A stretch of DNA of 64,000 nucleotides from sequence record MK562505. One strand, 5' to 3'. The stretch is from Shigella phage Silverhawkium. This document shows positions 50,982 through 60,989 of this stretch, piece by piece. Below the pieces are notes generated by a model. It ran no database searches and was not told where the DNA came from. It was given only the letters and a program-made list of their open reading frames with translations. Position 1 is the first letter of the stretch; every line of letters starts with the position of its first letter. Both the position numbers and the translations under genes were made by a program.

Positions 50982-51357
50982 TCATTTTATCCCTTCTAAT
51001 GATGATATATTCATAATGGGATGTGTGAGCTAACTGATTAGACCAATCCATAGTCATAAATACCTCATATTCGTGACCATCAATCATTACAATATCTGCC
51101 TCTGTCCATTCAACATCATCAGAGGTTCTCAGTTTAGCTACAGTGAAAAGGATTCTTGTATCTGTAAGTCTGATACCTTCAGGTAAAACAATCTGTGTAC
51201 CATTCTTTACAGAACCCTTAATGTAAGGTTGAATATTACCTTTGCAGTTCACTTCCACAATATCCTGAGAAGATACCCAATCACCATCGGCATTGTAATA
51301 ACCATCTTCAGAGACCTTGCGTTTGACTACAAAGCTGTGTCGATTTAAGAGTCTCAT
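50956..51357 (-). CDS. head-tail joining protein
   Basis: 133 aa; synteny. Confidence 0.35.
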   Translation of the reverse strand: MRLLNRHSFVVKRKVSEDGYYNADGDWVSSQDIVEVNCKGNIQPYIKGSVKNGTQIVLPEGIRLTDTRILFTVAKLRTSDDVEWTEADIVMIDGHEYEVFMTMDWSNQLAHTSHYEYIIIRRDKMNAVRNSRT

Positions 51358-51836
51358 TTCTTAATACCCTTTTTAGTAGAAATTTTATAAGCAAGGTTAT
51401 CTCGTAAATCTCCAGTCTCCACTAGAGGTGCATTAAAGCCTTTCTTTTTAACAGTGGAAGGAGCATTAGGAGGAAGGATAGCAGTATTACCAAAACCTCT
51501 CTTAATAGACTTTTGAGCACCTTTTGCAAATGCCTCTAAAGTATCTGAGGGGTCTACATTAAGACTGTTTAGTTGCTTATAGAGATTCTTCTTAGTCTGC
51601 TCTAACAAGGTCTGTCTAGATAACATCATAGTAATTTCGAACAGCCTACGATACACTTTACCAGAAGCTGAGGGAACACCTATAACTTCGTGTAAGTACA
51701 TTAAAGCAGGATAAGAAAAACCAGAGCTATGTTGACCTTGTTCTTGAAAATACCCAACTTGAGCATTAGCCGTTCGCAAGTTCTTCATAGCCCCGACTAA
51801 TTTAGCTCTAGCGGGGTGAATAACCCTTTTTACCAT
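51354..51836 (-). CDS. head-tail connector/completion protein
   Basis: 160 aa; synteny. Confidence 0.35.
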   Translation of the reverse strand: MVKRVIHPARAKLVGAMKNLRTANAQVGYFQEQGQHSSGFSYPALMYLHEVIGVPSASGKVYRRLFEITMMLSRQTLLEQTKKNLYKQLNSLNVDPSDTLEAFAKGAQKSIKRGFGNTAILPPNAPSTVKKKGFNAPLVETGDLRDNLAYKISTKKGIKK

Positions 51837-52285
51837 TATTCATCTCGCTCAATAATAAATACGCCATTGACACGTTCACAGTAATCTCTACCGTTGTATC
51901 TAGCAGCATCGCCATATTCAGTGTATTTCTTGACAGAGCAAGGATTACGACGACGCATATCAATATCACACTGATTAATACCACCCGCATAGGGAATACC
52001 ATTAACAGAGCTTTTAACTAGGTCGTCGTAGACAGCTTTCAGAGATTTAAATCTGGAAGAGTTACGTAAATAAACACCACCAACTTTCTCATCTCCCATC
52101 TTGGCTACTTGAAAGAGTAAATATTTAAGAGCTTTGATGGCTGCTTTCTTTTCATCCTTTCCAGATTCTAGATAGAACCACTCTAGCACCGATTGTTCAA
52201 TAAGAATTTCATCGTTATTGGTATCGGTGCAGAGGATTCTAACTCTATCAAGAGGGTTATTGGCTGGGTCGCCTGTATAACACAT
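51836..52285 (-). CDS. head-tail adaptor-like protein
   Basis: 149 aa; synteny. Confidence 0.35.
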   Translation of the reverse strand: MCYTGDPANNPLDRVRILCTDTNNDEILIEQSVLEWFYLESGKDEKKAAIKALKYLLFQVAKMGDEKVGGVYLRNSSRFKSLKAVYDDLVKSSVNGIPYAGGINQCDIDMRRRNPCSVKKYTEYGDAARYNGRDYCERVNGVFIIERDE

Positions 52286-52306
52286 TTATAACCCTCCTTA
52301 TCTGAA

Positions 52307-53410
52307 TTACTCTGCGTCTGAACGAACGTCAACCAGCAGTTGAGGACGTGTGCAGTATGGCAGCATGTAAGAGTGAGCTTCGAAGTCAATACCTTCGTCA
52401 CGGTCTTTTTCGTATTCAAATACGTACAGTTCCTGACCAAGAGTATTTGCATAACCCATCTTAGGACATGGAGCGTAAGCCACTTCAAAGATGTTGTTTG
52501 CTTCACCCAGCATTGCTACGTTAGGGAAAGCATGACCTACACCAACGTTAGTATCAGAAACACCATCAATGCTAACCAGAGTGTGAGTCTTACCACGCTT
52601 GTCTTTGAACTTACCGTTGTACTGTACGAATACAACACCACCGTAGTAGAAACGGTTCATGTGAGCCTGAACACCGTCAGCCCCACCAGTTCTCAGAGAA
52701 CCAGTAATCTGTTGCCAAGCCAGCGGAGTCTGCTGTGCAAGGTATGCATCACGAATCTTAGGATGCTTGATAAGCTTGCTGAAGAAAGTTCTGTCAACAA
52801 CGATGTGAATTTCTTCACCGTTGATTACAGTACCTGTCTTAGCTTCGTCTTCCATGTGCATACGCAGGTCTTCGATATGAGCATCGATATCAGAGTTCGG
52901 GTTGTCCAAGTCAAAGTAGATAGTCTTCTTAGTTACATCGAACTGCTTGTACAGGTCTGCGTACAGAACACCGTTAGCGTCGATAACTTTACCCTTCAGA
53001 GCTTGCATGAACAGGAACTCACGAGTAATATCAAACTTGGTACGAATCTTCATCAGCTTCTTAGCACGTACAACTGCTTCAGTAGTCAGTTCATTTGCAG
53101 TGCCTGGCTGACGAACACCCTGAATCTCATCAGGAGTAATGCTTTCAACTTCCTTGAAGTACATCATTGGGAAGCTAATCTGACGAACACGTTCAGGAGC
53201 GCTAGTCTCAGCTTTACGGCTAGTGCGGTCTACAGCGTCAAGCAAGCTGATATCCCAATCAGTCAGGTCCATCAGGAAAGTCGTCGTAGTTTGTGGAGCA
53301 GAACGGAACAATCCCAGACCAGAGATATATCCGTAAGTATTTGGAATAGACTGGACTTCACCAGTTAAATCAGCAAGGAAAAATCTGCTTTTTTCAGAAT
53401 TAGTCAACAT
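52307..53410 (-). CDS. major capsid protein
   Basis: 367 aa; position between decoration/protease genes and connectors. Confidence 0.6.
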   Translation of the reverse strand: MLTNSEKSRFFLADLTGEVQSIPNTYGYISGLGLFRSAPQTTTTFLMDLTDWDISLLDAVDRTSRKAETSAPERVRQISFPMMYFKEVESITPDEIQGVRQPGTANELTTEAVVRAKKLMKIRTKFDITREFLFMQALKGKVIDANGVLYADLYKQFDVTKKTIYFDLDNPNSDIDAHIEDLRMHMEDEAKTGTVINGEEIHIVVDRTFFSKLIKHPKIRDAYLAQQTPLAWQQITGSLRTGGADGVQAHMNRFYYGGVVFVQYNGKFKDKRGKTHTLVSIDGVSDTNVGVGHAFPNVAMLGEANNIFEVAYAPCPKMGYANTLGQELYVFEYEKDRDEGIDFEAHSYMLPYCTRPQLLVDVRSDAE

Positions 53411-53441
53411 TGTAAAATTCTCCAGAATGTCTTATTATTAA

Positions 53442-53819
53442 TTACAGGCCAGTTGGGACGAAATCAATACCTTTCGCCTTCAGAGCAGTCTTGACAGCAG
53501 CAGCATCAACGCTTTCTGCCAAAGTCAGCATGTCTTTCAGTTCAGCGTCACGGTAGATACCAACGACTTTTAACTGACCATGATAAGACAGTTGCAGGTC
53601 TGCGTAGAAGTTGACGATACATACAGAGTCTGCCTGAGATTCTTCACCTGCTGCGACCTTAGTACCATCAGCTTTCAGAACTTCACCTACACGGTATTCT
53701 GTGCTGGCTACTGGAGCGTACTCTTTACGAGAATGTCCAGTTGGTGTAATCTGTTCCCAAAGGATAATATCGTTAAGAGGTTCTCTGTTACCTAATTTAG
53801 TAAAACCTTGATATGCCAT
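53442..53819 (-). CDS. head decoration/accessory protein
   Basis: 125 aa between protease and capsid genes. Confidence 0.4.
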   Translation of the reverse strand: MAYQGFTKLGNREPLNDIILWEQITPTGHSRKEYAPVASTEYRVGEVLKADGTKVAAGEESQADSVCIVNFYADLQLSYHGQLKVVGIYRDAELKDMLTLAESVDAAAVKTALKAKGIDFVPTGL

Positions 53820-53831
53820 TATTTGTGTTCC

Positions 53832-55178
53832 TTATTTGATAAGAGTTTTCAAAGCATTCTGGAGAGCCAGTTTGCGTTGGTCAGCGTTAGCATTAGCATT
53901 TGCTTCTGGAGCGGTGTCTTTACCGTCATCCACTTCTGCTTCACCGTCATTTCCAATTTCTTCCATTGCGGTAGAGTGTTCCAGAACAGCACCAGCAGTT
54001 TCTTTCAGCTTAGTGATTTCTGAATCTTTCTCTTCCATTGCAGAAGCATGGGACGCGATAGTTTCATTAAGTTTCTGGTTAGCACCTTCCATAGCATTCA
54101 TAAACAGAACACTCAGAGGGTTGTCAAGACCAGCACCTAAAATAGCTGTTGCAGCTTCTTTTGCATCAAACCCGAAAGCTTCAGCAGAAGCAGAAATCTT
54201 GCCAGTTAAATCTGACAGTGCAGCTTCCTGTTCTTTAGCTTTCATTTGAGCAACCTGAAGACGCAGAGCTTCTAGTTCTTGCTTTTCTTGTTCAGTCATT
54301 TCTTCACCTGAATTGTTAACGTTTAAACTTACAGGAGCCTCTTCAGAACCTTGTAAGTAATTTAAGAAATCATCTTGAGACATGATTGAGTTAATTAAAC
54401 CAAGTTCAAGAGCTTCCTGAGCAGAATAAACATTCGCCTCAGTATTCTTTACAGCTTCTTCAGAGATGTTACGAGACTCCGCTACAAAACCTGTAAAGGT
54501 TGAATAGGTGTCGTTAATTCTCTTTTGAAGTCTTTCTTTGCTTTCTTCTGAAAGTGCTTGGAATGGAGAACCCATACCTTTAAATTCACCAGCTTTGATA
54601 ACGTTAATAGTAACGCCATTCTTTTCAAATGCCTTGGTCAATTCTTGGTGAACCATAATTACACCAATTGAACCAACGTCTGCATCTGGTGATGCAATAA
54701 TTTCTTCAGCAGAAGATGCAAGAGCATATGCAGCGGAACAAGCGAACTCATCTACATAAGCGATAATTTTCTTTTGGCCTCTTGAAGCCATAATGTGACG
54801 TGCCAACTCAAAGCAACCTGACGCTTCACCACCACCTGAGTCAACGTGCAGTACAATTGTCTTAATAGATTCATCTGCTAAGGCTTCATCAAAACCTCTG
54901 CGTAAACCTTCATAAGAACTCAGACCACCTGTACACATTGCATCCATGAATGTCATACGATGTGTTAGGCCACCCATAATAGGAATAATAGCAATATCAT
55001 CTTTAACTTTTAAAAGACTTCTTGCTTCACCTTTAGGTTTATCAAAATTGACTGCTGCTTGAACTTCACCTAGCAAACGGTTATTAACATACGTCGCTGC
55101 TGAGTGAGCTAATGATTCAGTGGCTAGTAAAGGTTGGTTGAATAATCTATCAGCAAGTCTGAAGATATTCGAACTCAT
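53832..55178 (-). CDS. prohead protease (S49/ClpP-like) fused to scaffold-like C-terminal domain
   Basis: 448 aa; LHVDSGGGEASGCFE serine-protease region; C-terminal Ala/Glu/Lys-rich coiled coil. Confidence 0.6.
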   Translation of the reverse strand: MSSNIFRLADRLFNQPLLATESLAHSAATYVNNRLLGEVQAAVNFDKPKGEARSLLKVKDDIAIIPIMGGLTHRMTFMDAMCTGGLSSYEGLRRGFDEALADESIKTIVLHVDSGGGEASGCFELARHIMASRGQKKIIAYVDEFACSAAYALASSAEEIIASPDADVGSIGVIMVHQELTKAFEKNGVTINVIKAGEFKGMGSPFQALSEESKERLQKRINDTYSTFTGFVAESRNISEEAVKNTEANVYSAQEALELGLINSIMSQDDFLNYLQGSEEAPVSLNVNNSGEEMTEQEKQELEALRLQVAQMKAKEQEAALSDLTGKISASAEAFGFDAKEAATAILGAGLDNPLSVLFMNAMEGANQKLNETIASHASAMEEKDSEITKLKETAGAVLEHSTAMEEIGNDGEAEVDDGKDTAPEANANANADQRKLALQNALKTLIK

Positions 55179-55189
55179 TATTACTCACC

Positions 55190-55522
55190 CTATTTGTTTA
55201 AATCAACGGACACTGAAGAGATAACATAGATACCTTCTTCAGCAAAGAACTGAGGACTACTCAAAGCACCTGTTGCCATGCACTTATCATTGTCATCCCA
55301 TAGGCTAAAATGTGAAACCGTTGCAGAAGCCGGAACAGTAATGTTTACCGTATCTTCCGAGGCGATTAAGCCGTTATTAGGTTCCGAAAAGAAGATAGCC
55401 ACTGGCTGAGTAACCTTATTTGCTGTAGGGTCTGCCGTTGGGTCTACGTTGTGTAATACAATAGTCGTTGGGGTTAGTGTGGCTAGGATTTTATTCTTAC
55501 CATCAATAGTTAATGTTCCCAT
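55190..55522 (-). CDS. hypothetical head-associated protein (110 aa)
   Basis: ORF between portal and protease. Confidence 0.35.
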   Translation of the reverse strand: MGTLTIDGKNKILATLTPTTIVLHNVDPTADPTANKVTQPVAIFFSEPNNGLIASEDTVNITVPASATVSHFSLWDDNDKCMATGALSSPQFFAEEGIYVISSVSVDLNK

Positions 55523-56022
55523 TAATTAAACCTTACTTTTTGTTTAAGGACTGTTGAATGGTTACCAGATTCATCCACCACATTTACAATCATATCATAA
55601 ACTTTACCTTTGACAAGTACTTTGTAATCATTTTGTGAAAAAATGTATTCAAGTCTGTTAGTGACTTTGTTTACTGTCATAGGAGATTGAAATGCTGTAT
55701 CAATGGTAATGAAAGCAGCTTCAACACTATTAACGTTAACACGTTTATTCTCACAGTTATATAACTTTACACCCAAAAGGCATGAACTGTCAAATGGAAT
55801 TTTAACAATTTCGTTACAATTGTTTGAAATAAACGAATTTCCGCTCATTGGAGCATCAAGTAACCTGCAAATAGTGAAAACGTCAGAGGTTCCACCATCA
55901 CTAACATAACCTGAAAGGCTGACTCTTGAGCCAGCCCTTACAGATAATTCATCAGTAATGATTAAGACACCTCTATAAGAATGCACTCTCGTAGCATTTG
56001 AAATAGAGATAACTTCTGCCAT
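55522..56022 (-). CDS. hypothetical head-associated protein (166 aa)
   Basis: ORF downstream of portal. Confidence 0.35.
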   Translation of the reverse strand: MAEVISISNATRVHSYRGVLIITDELSVRAGSRVSLSGYVSDGGTSDVFTICRLLDAPMSGNSFISNNCNEIVKIPFDSSCLLGVKLYNCENKRVNVNSVEAAFITIDTAFQSPMTVNKVTNRLEYIFSQNDYKVLVKGKVYDMIVNVVDESGNHSTVLKQKVRFN

Positions 56023-57488
56023 TATTTGTTTGCCTTGTTAGCTGTACTTGGGTCTTTTGCTGAAGGAGTCTTAGCAGTCCCTTCTCCAGCAGTCTTATAA
56101 CCATCACCAGAGCGACTCTGAGTGTTTGGAGATAATGTCTCAGATACTGGTTTTGATTCATCAGCAGGTTCAAGGTCAAGGTATTCTCTAAGCTTGTTAG
56201 ACAGAGGTTTGTCAACTTCAAGAGCACCGACTGCAACTGTCTTCTGAATAAAGGAAGCAATAGCTTCTAAATCAGGGGTTTCAATATCATCATAAACAAT
56301 CTCAACATGTTCTTCATCGTCCCACATATTCAGAGCATAAGTCTGAGCTACTAGGTCACGATTAATGACATTCTTGATTTGTTTTAAGAGAATATCTACA
56401 GACATTGCAAGTAAGCTTGTCTTAGAATCTGCTAGAGAGAATGAACCATATTTTGATTGTCCCATTGCAAGAATATCAGACATAAATGCCATCATAATCT
56501 GCTTAGAATATCTGTCAATGATTGCCCCTGTGTCATAAGCTTTAGCACCCTGTCTAGACACTAATGAGAACTCAAAAATATCCTCTTTAGTTTCTGGGTC
56601 AATAAATCTAGGCCAGATAATACCTGCCCTGTCATTTGCAATCATATCATTAACGATATCTTTGCAGTATTGTACGAAAGCTTTCTTCTCAGGTTCTGCA
56701 TTCTCATCCAGATAATCTGGTGGAAGACCAATCTTAGGCATACCCACTAAGTCTCTGGAAACACCAACTGCTTCATACTCTTCAATCTGTACTTTATATT
56801 TCCAAGGTACATAAGCATTAAGTAATGGTGAACGACCTTCTGGGTTACCATATTCATCATCATACTTAAACAGTAAGAATTTACTTCTTGGGAGTTTTCT
56901 TGTTAGTGGTTGTTCTGCAAGATTCATTGCTCCAGTGATGTATGAGATGTTTCTAAGGTTCTGTCTAACTCCAGTAACTTTTCTGTAGTCAGCATCAAAA
57001 TACCACTTATCAAGAGTGGATTGGTTTCTGATTGGTAACTTAGCCCAACCAATTAAACCGTCATTATATTTTGATGGATATTTCCCTTTCTTACCTTGAC
57101 GCTTTTTGTAAACTTTTTCATTGACACAGAAGCCATAAGTGCAGAATGACATTACAGAGTTAATAAAGTCAGCCCAATCATGCTCCATGTCATTCATTAA
57201 TGAGTTGAAGAACTCTGCTCTTTCAATAAGCTTTGCATCTTTCTCTTTACCCTTCGGTGGTACGAATCTCCAGTTTACCTTTCTAACAAACATTTTAATA
57301 ATGTTCACAGATGCAGCTACTGCTGGGTCTCGCATCATAAGTTGGAAAGTCTTAATACTTTCTGGGAATCTTAAAGCCTGTCTAGGTTCTTCATAGATTC
57401 TTCCTGAACGAACTTTAAGGCCAAGACTCCCAACCTCACCCATTCTGAATGGAGGAAGGCTTTCTTGTGTTTCTGTGATATCTGCCAT
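56022..57488 (-). CDS. portal protein
   Basis: 488 aa immediately downstream of large terminase. Confidence 0.6.
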   Translation of the reverse strand: MADITETQESLPPFRMGEVGSLGLKVRSGRIYEEPRQALRFPESIKTFQLMMRDPAVAASVNIIKMFVRKVNWRFVPPKGKEKDAKLIERAEFFNSLMNDMEHDWADFINSVMSFCTYGFCVNEKVYKKRQGKKGKYPSKYNDGLIGWAKLPIRNQSTLDKWYFDADYRKVTGVRQNLRNISYITGAMNLAEQPLTRKLPRSKFLLFKYDDEYGNPEGRSPLLNAYVPWKYKVQIEEYEAVGVSRDLVGMPKIGLPPDYLDENAEPEKKAFVQYCKDIVNDMIANDRAGIIWPRFIDPETKEDIFEFSLVSRQGAKAYDTGAIIDRYSKQIMMAFMSDILAMGQSKYGSFSLADSKTSLLAMSVDILLKQIKNVINRDLVAQTYALNMWDDEEHVEIVYDDIETPDLEAIASFIQKTVAVGALEVDKPLSNKLREYLDLEPADESKPVSETLSPNTQSRSGDGYKTAGEGTAKTPSAKDPSTANKANK

Positions 57489-57500
57489 TCTTTCTACCTA

Positions 57501-59102
57501 TTAGAATCTTAGCCCCTGATATGGGTTGCTTCTTACAATATCTGTGTGAGAACCCATTGAAGGTGGCTTAAATAGTTTAACTTCGTTTAGACTGTTGAAA
57601 GCATCACTGGTAGCATCCACTTGGTCATCCTTAGTTCGACCATCACCACAAAAACCTTCTAGTTCTTGAAAGTAAGCCTCATTCCAAGAGCCTCTCACAA
57701 TTTTTACAAGACCAGCTTCTGAAGCAGCAGAGAAACCCGCAAAACGGGTAACTTTATCTTTATTGGTAGGTTTAGCTCTTGCTCTATAGCCTTTCTCAGC
57801 AAGTTTTCTAATAAGAGATGTTGCGTAGGATTTACCAGCAGCGCCTGGGTCTTGTGGGATAAAAATACCAGTGCGTTTACCATCACCTTCAGCAGTCAGG
57901 TTAATTTGTGTCTCAACTCCAGAAGGTCTATCTCTAAATCTTACTACGTTAATTACATAATAGCAACCATCTTTTTTAGATTTACCCATTTTAACACCTG
58001 CTGTCCAGTCAGGGTTAGGGTTAACTTCAGAAGGTAATGTTGCAGCCAAGTCCCAAGCTCGAACATCAAATACATCTGCTGGAACACTATCAACAATCTC
58101 ACACCATTGTCTTTGCCAATAGTTTGAACCTTCTGCACGAGCTTTCCAGTTACCGAAACGAAGTCTTGCAACGTTGACTGGTGTATTGTTTTCCAATTTA
58201 CCACGATATTTTGGTTCTAAGAAGTCAAGGATTGGATTATCATCAATCGTACCAGAAATAAAGGTGTATGTTTGAGGAATCTCAAGAGGGAACATTTCAA
58301 GAATCTTATTCTTATCCCAATCAGAAATCATAACACCATCACTCATTACATACCAACGAATCCTACCGCATTTAGCTGGGTCTGGATAACCTTCTTCATC
58401 CAAGAATGGTTCTACCCAATCGTAAATAAAGTGGTCTCTATCTGGGTTCATTGAAATCTTCATATATGAGTCACCTTCAGCACCAGAACGTAAACGTGTC
58501 TGTAGATAAGAAATCTGTGAAGCTGAGAAGTGAGTCCCTTCATCGAAATAGATAGCGGAATACTCAATCCCTTGGTGACCCTCTGAGTGCTTTTCAAGTT
58601 CCAAATAAGTGAACTTGATAGTTGCCCCTGAAGGGAATGTAATAGTCATCTTCTGTTCATGTGGGATTCCACCGAACTTACCAAATAACTTTTTAGCTGC
58701 TGGCCACAAACCACCCTGTAACTGTGTAGTGTTTCTACGGAAATATACAGCATTATAGTTAGGGTCATCAATAAATCTTAGAGAGTCCATTAAAAGGGCA
58801 GCAGTCTTACCAGCACCAGCAGCACCACCATATAGCACTAGGTCAGCATTAGTGTTCAAGAATACCTCTTGAGAGCCAGGCTGAGGGGCTACATAGTTCT
58901 TGTCAGTCATCAATTTAAAGATGAGTCTTACTTGGTCTGGGGTGTATCTTAATAAAGTCAGAATTTGAGTTGGAAGGAATTTAGAGGGGTCTTTACCAAA
59001 TGATTTGATAATTTCTTTTACTTCTTCAGAAAGCCCCAACTCACCAGCTAGGACTTTCCTTACATCTTCCACTCGCTTCTGCTTAATAGCATTTAAGTCC
59101 AT
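57501..59102 (-). CDS. terminase large subunit
   Basis: Walker A LYGGAAGAGKT; C-terminal nuclease-type acidic residues; ATG with GAGGTG RBS at 59102 (ORF-track TTG at 59117). Confidence 0.8.
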   Translation of the reverse strand: MDLNAIKQKRVEDVRKVLAGELGLSEEVKEIIKSFGKDPSKFLPTQILTLLRYTPDQVRLIFKLMTDKNYVAPQPGSQEVFLNTNADLVLYGGAAGAGKTAALLMDSLRFIDDPNYNAVYFRRNTTQLQGGLWPAAKKLFGKFGGIPHEQKMTITFPSGATIKFTYLELEKHSEGHQGIEYSAIYFDEGTHFSASQISYLQTRLRSGAEGDSYMKISMNPDRDHFIYDWVEPFLDEEGYPDPAKCGRIRWYVMSDGVMISDWDKNKILEMFPLEIPQTYTFISGTIDDNPILDFLEPKYRGKLENNTPVNVARLRFGNWKARAEGSNYWQRQWCEIVDSVPADVFDVRAWDLAATLPSEVNPNPDWTAGVKMGKSKKDGCYYVINVVRFRDRPSGVETQINLTAEGDGKRTGIFIPQDPGAAGKSYATSLIRKLAEKGYRARAKPTNKDKVTRFAGFSAASEAGLVKIVRGSWNEAYFQELEGFCGDGRTKDDQVDATSDAFNSLNEVKLFKPPSMGSHTDIVRSNPYQGLRF

Positions 59103-59123
59103 TAAGCACCTCTGCAAATAGAA

Positions 59124-59327
59124 TTATTCAGGTTGAACTTCTTCTGGTTTAGCTTCTACACCAAATTTAGCATCCACTAAATCCAGAAGCTTATCCATAG
59201 TTGCTTCTTTAGGGTCAATACCCGTAGCATTAATCAGTCGTTCAGCAACAGCCATAACAGTTGTCTTCAACATTTCAGCGTGTTTCTGAGTTTCATAAAG
59301 TTCTTTGTAAACGTTAGTCTCATTCAT
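59124..59327 (-). CDS. hypothetical small protein upstream of terminase
   Basis: 68 aa from ATG with GGAGAAAA RBS. Confidence 0.35.
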   Translation of the reverse strand: MNETNVYKELYETQKHAEMLKTTVMAVAERLINATGIDPKEATMDKLLDLVDAKFGVEAKPEEVQPE

Positions 59328-59451
59328 TGTATTTTCTCCAAAAGTAAAGTTAATGGTTCCTCTGAAAAAAGACGGCGCAGAGACCGTCAAGGAGAAACCA
59401 CAATGTATGCCAGAGACATACTGTATAAGTCTTCTTATAAAGTATAACTCT

Positions 59452-59512
59452 ATAAAAAAGCCCTGTCTAAAAATACTCTCCGGTAGCGAAAGGGAGAATA
59501 CTCATAGCAGGG
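59452..59512 (-). terminator. long structured rho-independent terminator ending the tRNA array
   Basis: outer stem GCCCTG/CAGGGC with inner CTCC/GGAG stem, then minus-strand T-run. Confidence 0.5.
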
Positions 59513-59545
59513 CATATAATAACTTTGAGAGAGATATTATTAAAT

Positions 59546-59621
59546 TGGAGTATCGGAAGGGACTCGAACCCTCATAAACCTGTTTTGCAGACAGGAACAT
59601 ATCCATTTCTGTCACCGATAC
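59546..59621 (-). tRNA. tRNA-Cys (anticodon GCA)
   Basis: manual cloverleaf; anticodon loop CTGCAAA; T-loop TTCGAGT; CCA encoded. Confidence 0.7.
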
Positions 59622-59627
59622 ATAATT

Positions 59628-59720
59628 TGGAGGAAGATACCAGACTTGAACTGGTACGCCGATTTCTCGGTTACTGGCAGTTTAGCAAACTGCTCCCTTA
59701 CCTGTTAGGGTTAATCTTCC
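59628..59720 (-). tRNA. tRNA-Ser (anticodon GCT), long variable arm
   Basis: anticodon loop TTGCTAA; type II variable arm; T-loop TTCAAGT. Confidence 0.65.
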
Positions 59721-59722
59721 AG

Positions 59723-60457
59723 TTATTTGTTAAGTGCATCTTTCATTTCTGGTGTAGAGATAGAGTCAATAACACCAGTCTTACAAGCATCATCAAACCA
59801 GTCTGGTAAGACATTTGCAAGAAAACCGTTAATGTTTGTCTTAAGATACTCAGCCATCAATGCTACTTCATCAGCAATCATCTGTGTGACTTCTGAAGCG
59901 TATGCAGTAATCTTTGACATACCTTCATTAATCGCTGTAACAGCTTGTGAGGCTAAATCTTCGATTGTATCAAGCCCTTGGTCAATTGCATCTTGTAAGT
60001 CGCTTAGAACGCCGTTTACAGCGTCTATGGAGGTGTTTATAATCTCCATAGCTTTGTTACCATACTCAGTAGCAACTCCCATAATCCCACTGAATGGCGT
60101 ACAACCAACTTGTTCACCTGCTGCTCCCATTACATTAGAGTAGCCTTTTGCCACCTGCATTCGTTGAGAGAACTCATCTACAGATTTCTGACCATACTCA
60201 GTCAGTGTAGTGGTTGTTGAAGTTGTACTGCCAAGACTTGTTGTGAAGCTACTTAAGAGTGCTGCTGTTAATCCAGCCGCAATAAGCTTATCTTGCACAG
60301 TCGGGTCTGTTACGGAACTAATAGAGTTTACTAATGACTGAGAGGCAGCAATTGTACCACCAAGGACTGCTGCACCAGTAATAAGAGGGTTTGAGAAACC
60401 ATTACCAGTTTTAAGGAGATTAAAAATCTCTTTACTTTGTTCTGTCATCTCTTTCAT
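59723..60457 (-). CDS. membrane protein embedded in the tRNA array
   Basis: 245 aa from MKEMTEQ (TAGGTG RBS); two hydrophobic segments, Ser/Thr-rich stretch, acidic helical C-terminal domain. Confidence 0.5.
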   Translation of the reverse strand: MKEMTEQSKEIFNLLKTGNGFSNPLITGAAVLGGTIAASQSLVNSISSVTDPTVQDKLIAAGLTAALLSSFTTSLGSTTSTTTTLTEYGQKSVDEFSQRMQVAKGYSNVMGAAGEQVGCTPFSGIMGVATEYGNKAMEIINTSIDAVNGVLSDLQDAIDQGLDTIEDLASQAVTAINEGMSKITAYASEVTQMIADEVALMAEYLKTNINGFLANVLPDWFDDACKTGVIDSISTPEMKDALNK

Positions 60458-60473
60458 TATGCACCTATAAAGT

Positions 60474-60546
60474 TGGTAGCCCATCGGGATTTGAACCCTG
60501 TTCTCATGTTTTTCAGACAAGCGCTTTAACCATATAAGCTAATTGA
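60474..60546 (-). tRNA. tRNA-like element, isotype unresolved (possibly aberrant)
   Basis: acceptor pairing and TTCAAAT T-loop present; no canonical anticodon stem or D-stem found. Confidence 0.3.
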
Positions 60547-60547
60547 G

Positions 60548-60624
60548 CTATTAAATTGGGGTGACCTACGGGAATCGAACCCGTATAGACCATGTTCACA
60601 GCATGGGTCATTATCCATTTATGA
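60548..60624 (-). tRNA. tRNA-His (anticodon GTG)
   Basis: anticodon stem CCATG/CATGG, loop CTGTGAA; T-loop TTCGATT. Confidence 0.7.
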
Positions 60625-60664
60625 TAAGGCCACATTTAAGGACTCTCGTAAGAACCCTTAGAAG

Positions 60665-60740
60665 TGGCAGCAGTATAAGGATTTGAACCTTAATCTTTCA
60701 GCTTCAGAGGCTGGAGCATTGCCAGTTATGCTATACTGCT
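60665..60740 (-). tRNA. tRNA-Gln (anticodon CTG)
   Basis: anticodon loop CTCTGAA with one stem mismatch; T-arm TAAGG/CCTTA. Confidence 0.55.
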
Positions 60741-60746
60741 AATATT

Positions 60747-60817
60747 TGGTACTCCATATCGGATTCGAACCGATACATAACACAGATTTTAAATCTGGCC
60801 TCTCTGCCAATTGGAGT
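60747..60817 (-). tRNA. short tRNA-like gene, anticodon unresolved (possibly TAA)
   Basis: good acceptor and T-arm (ATCGG-TTCGAAT-CCGAT); anticodon region folds non-canonically. Confidence 0.4.
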
Positions 60818-60827
60818 AATGGAGCCT

Positions 60828-60903
60828 TGGCGGGGGATGATGGAATTGAACCATCTTCTTCGATTTCAAAGACCGAGGTTTTAACCTTGTAAACTAATCC
60901 CCT
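60828..60903 (-). tRNA. tRNA-Gln (anticodon TTG)
   Basis: anticodon stem TCGGT/ATCGA, loop CTTTGAA; A1-C72 mismatch. Confidence 0.6.
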
Positions 60904-60911
60904 ATTAAATT

Positions 60912-60988
60912 TGGTGCAGAATAGAGGATTCGAACCCCTAACAAACAACTTCGTAGATTGCTGTTCTATCCATTTGAACTAATTCTGC
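60912..60988 (-). tRNA. tRNA-Arg (anticodon ACG)
   Basis: perfect acceptor GCAGAAT/ATTCTGC; anticodon loop CTACGAA. Confidence 0.6.
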
Positions 60989-60989
60989 A

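Noticed and set aside
52340-53368. 342-aa plus-strand ORF antisense to the major capsid gene
   Set aside because: Fully inside a well-supported minus-strand structural gene, low-complexity translation, no RBS context; most likely a spurious antisense frame.
53836-54249. 137-aa plus-strand ORF antisense to the prohead protease/scaffold gene
   Set aside because: Ala/Ser-rich translation mirrors the Ala/Glu/Lys-rich scaffold region on the opposite strand; a compositional artefact.
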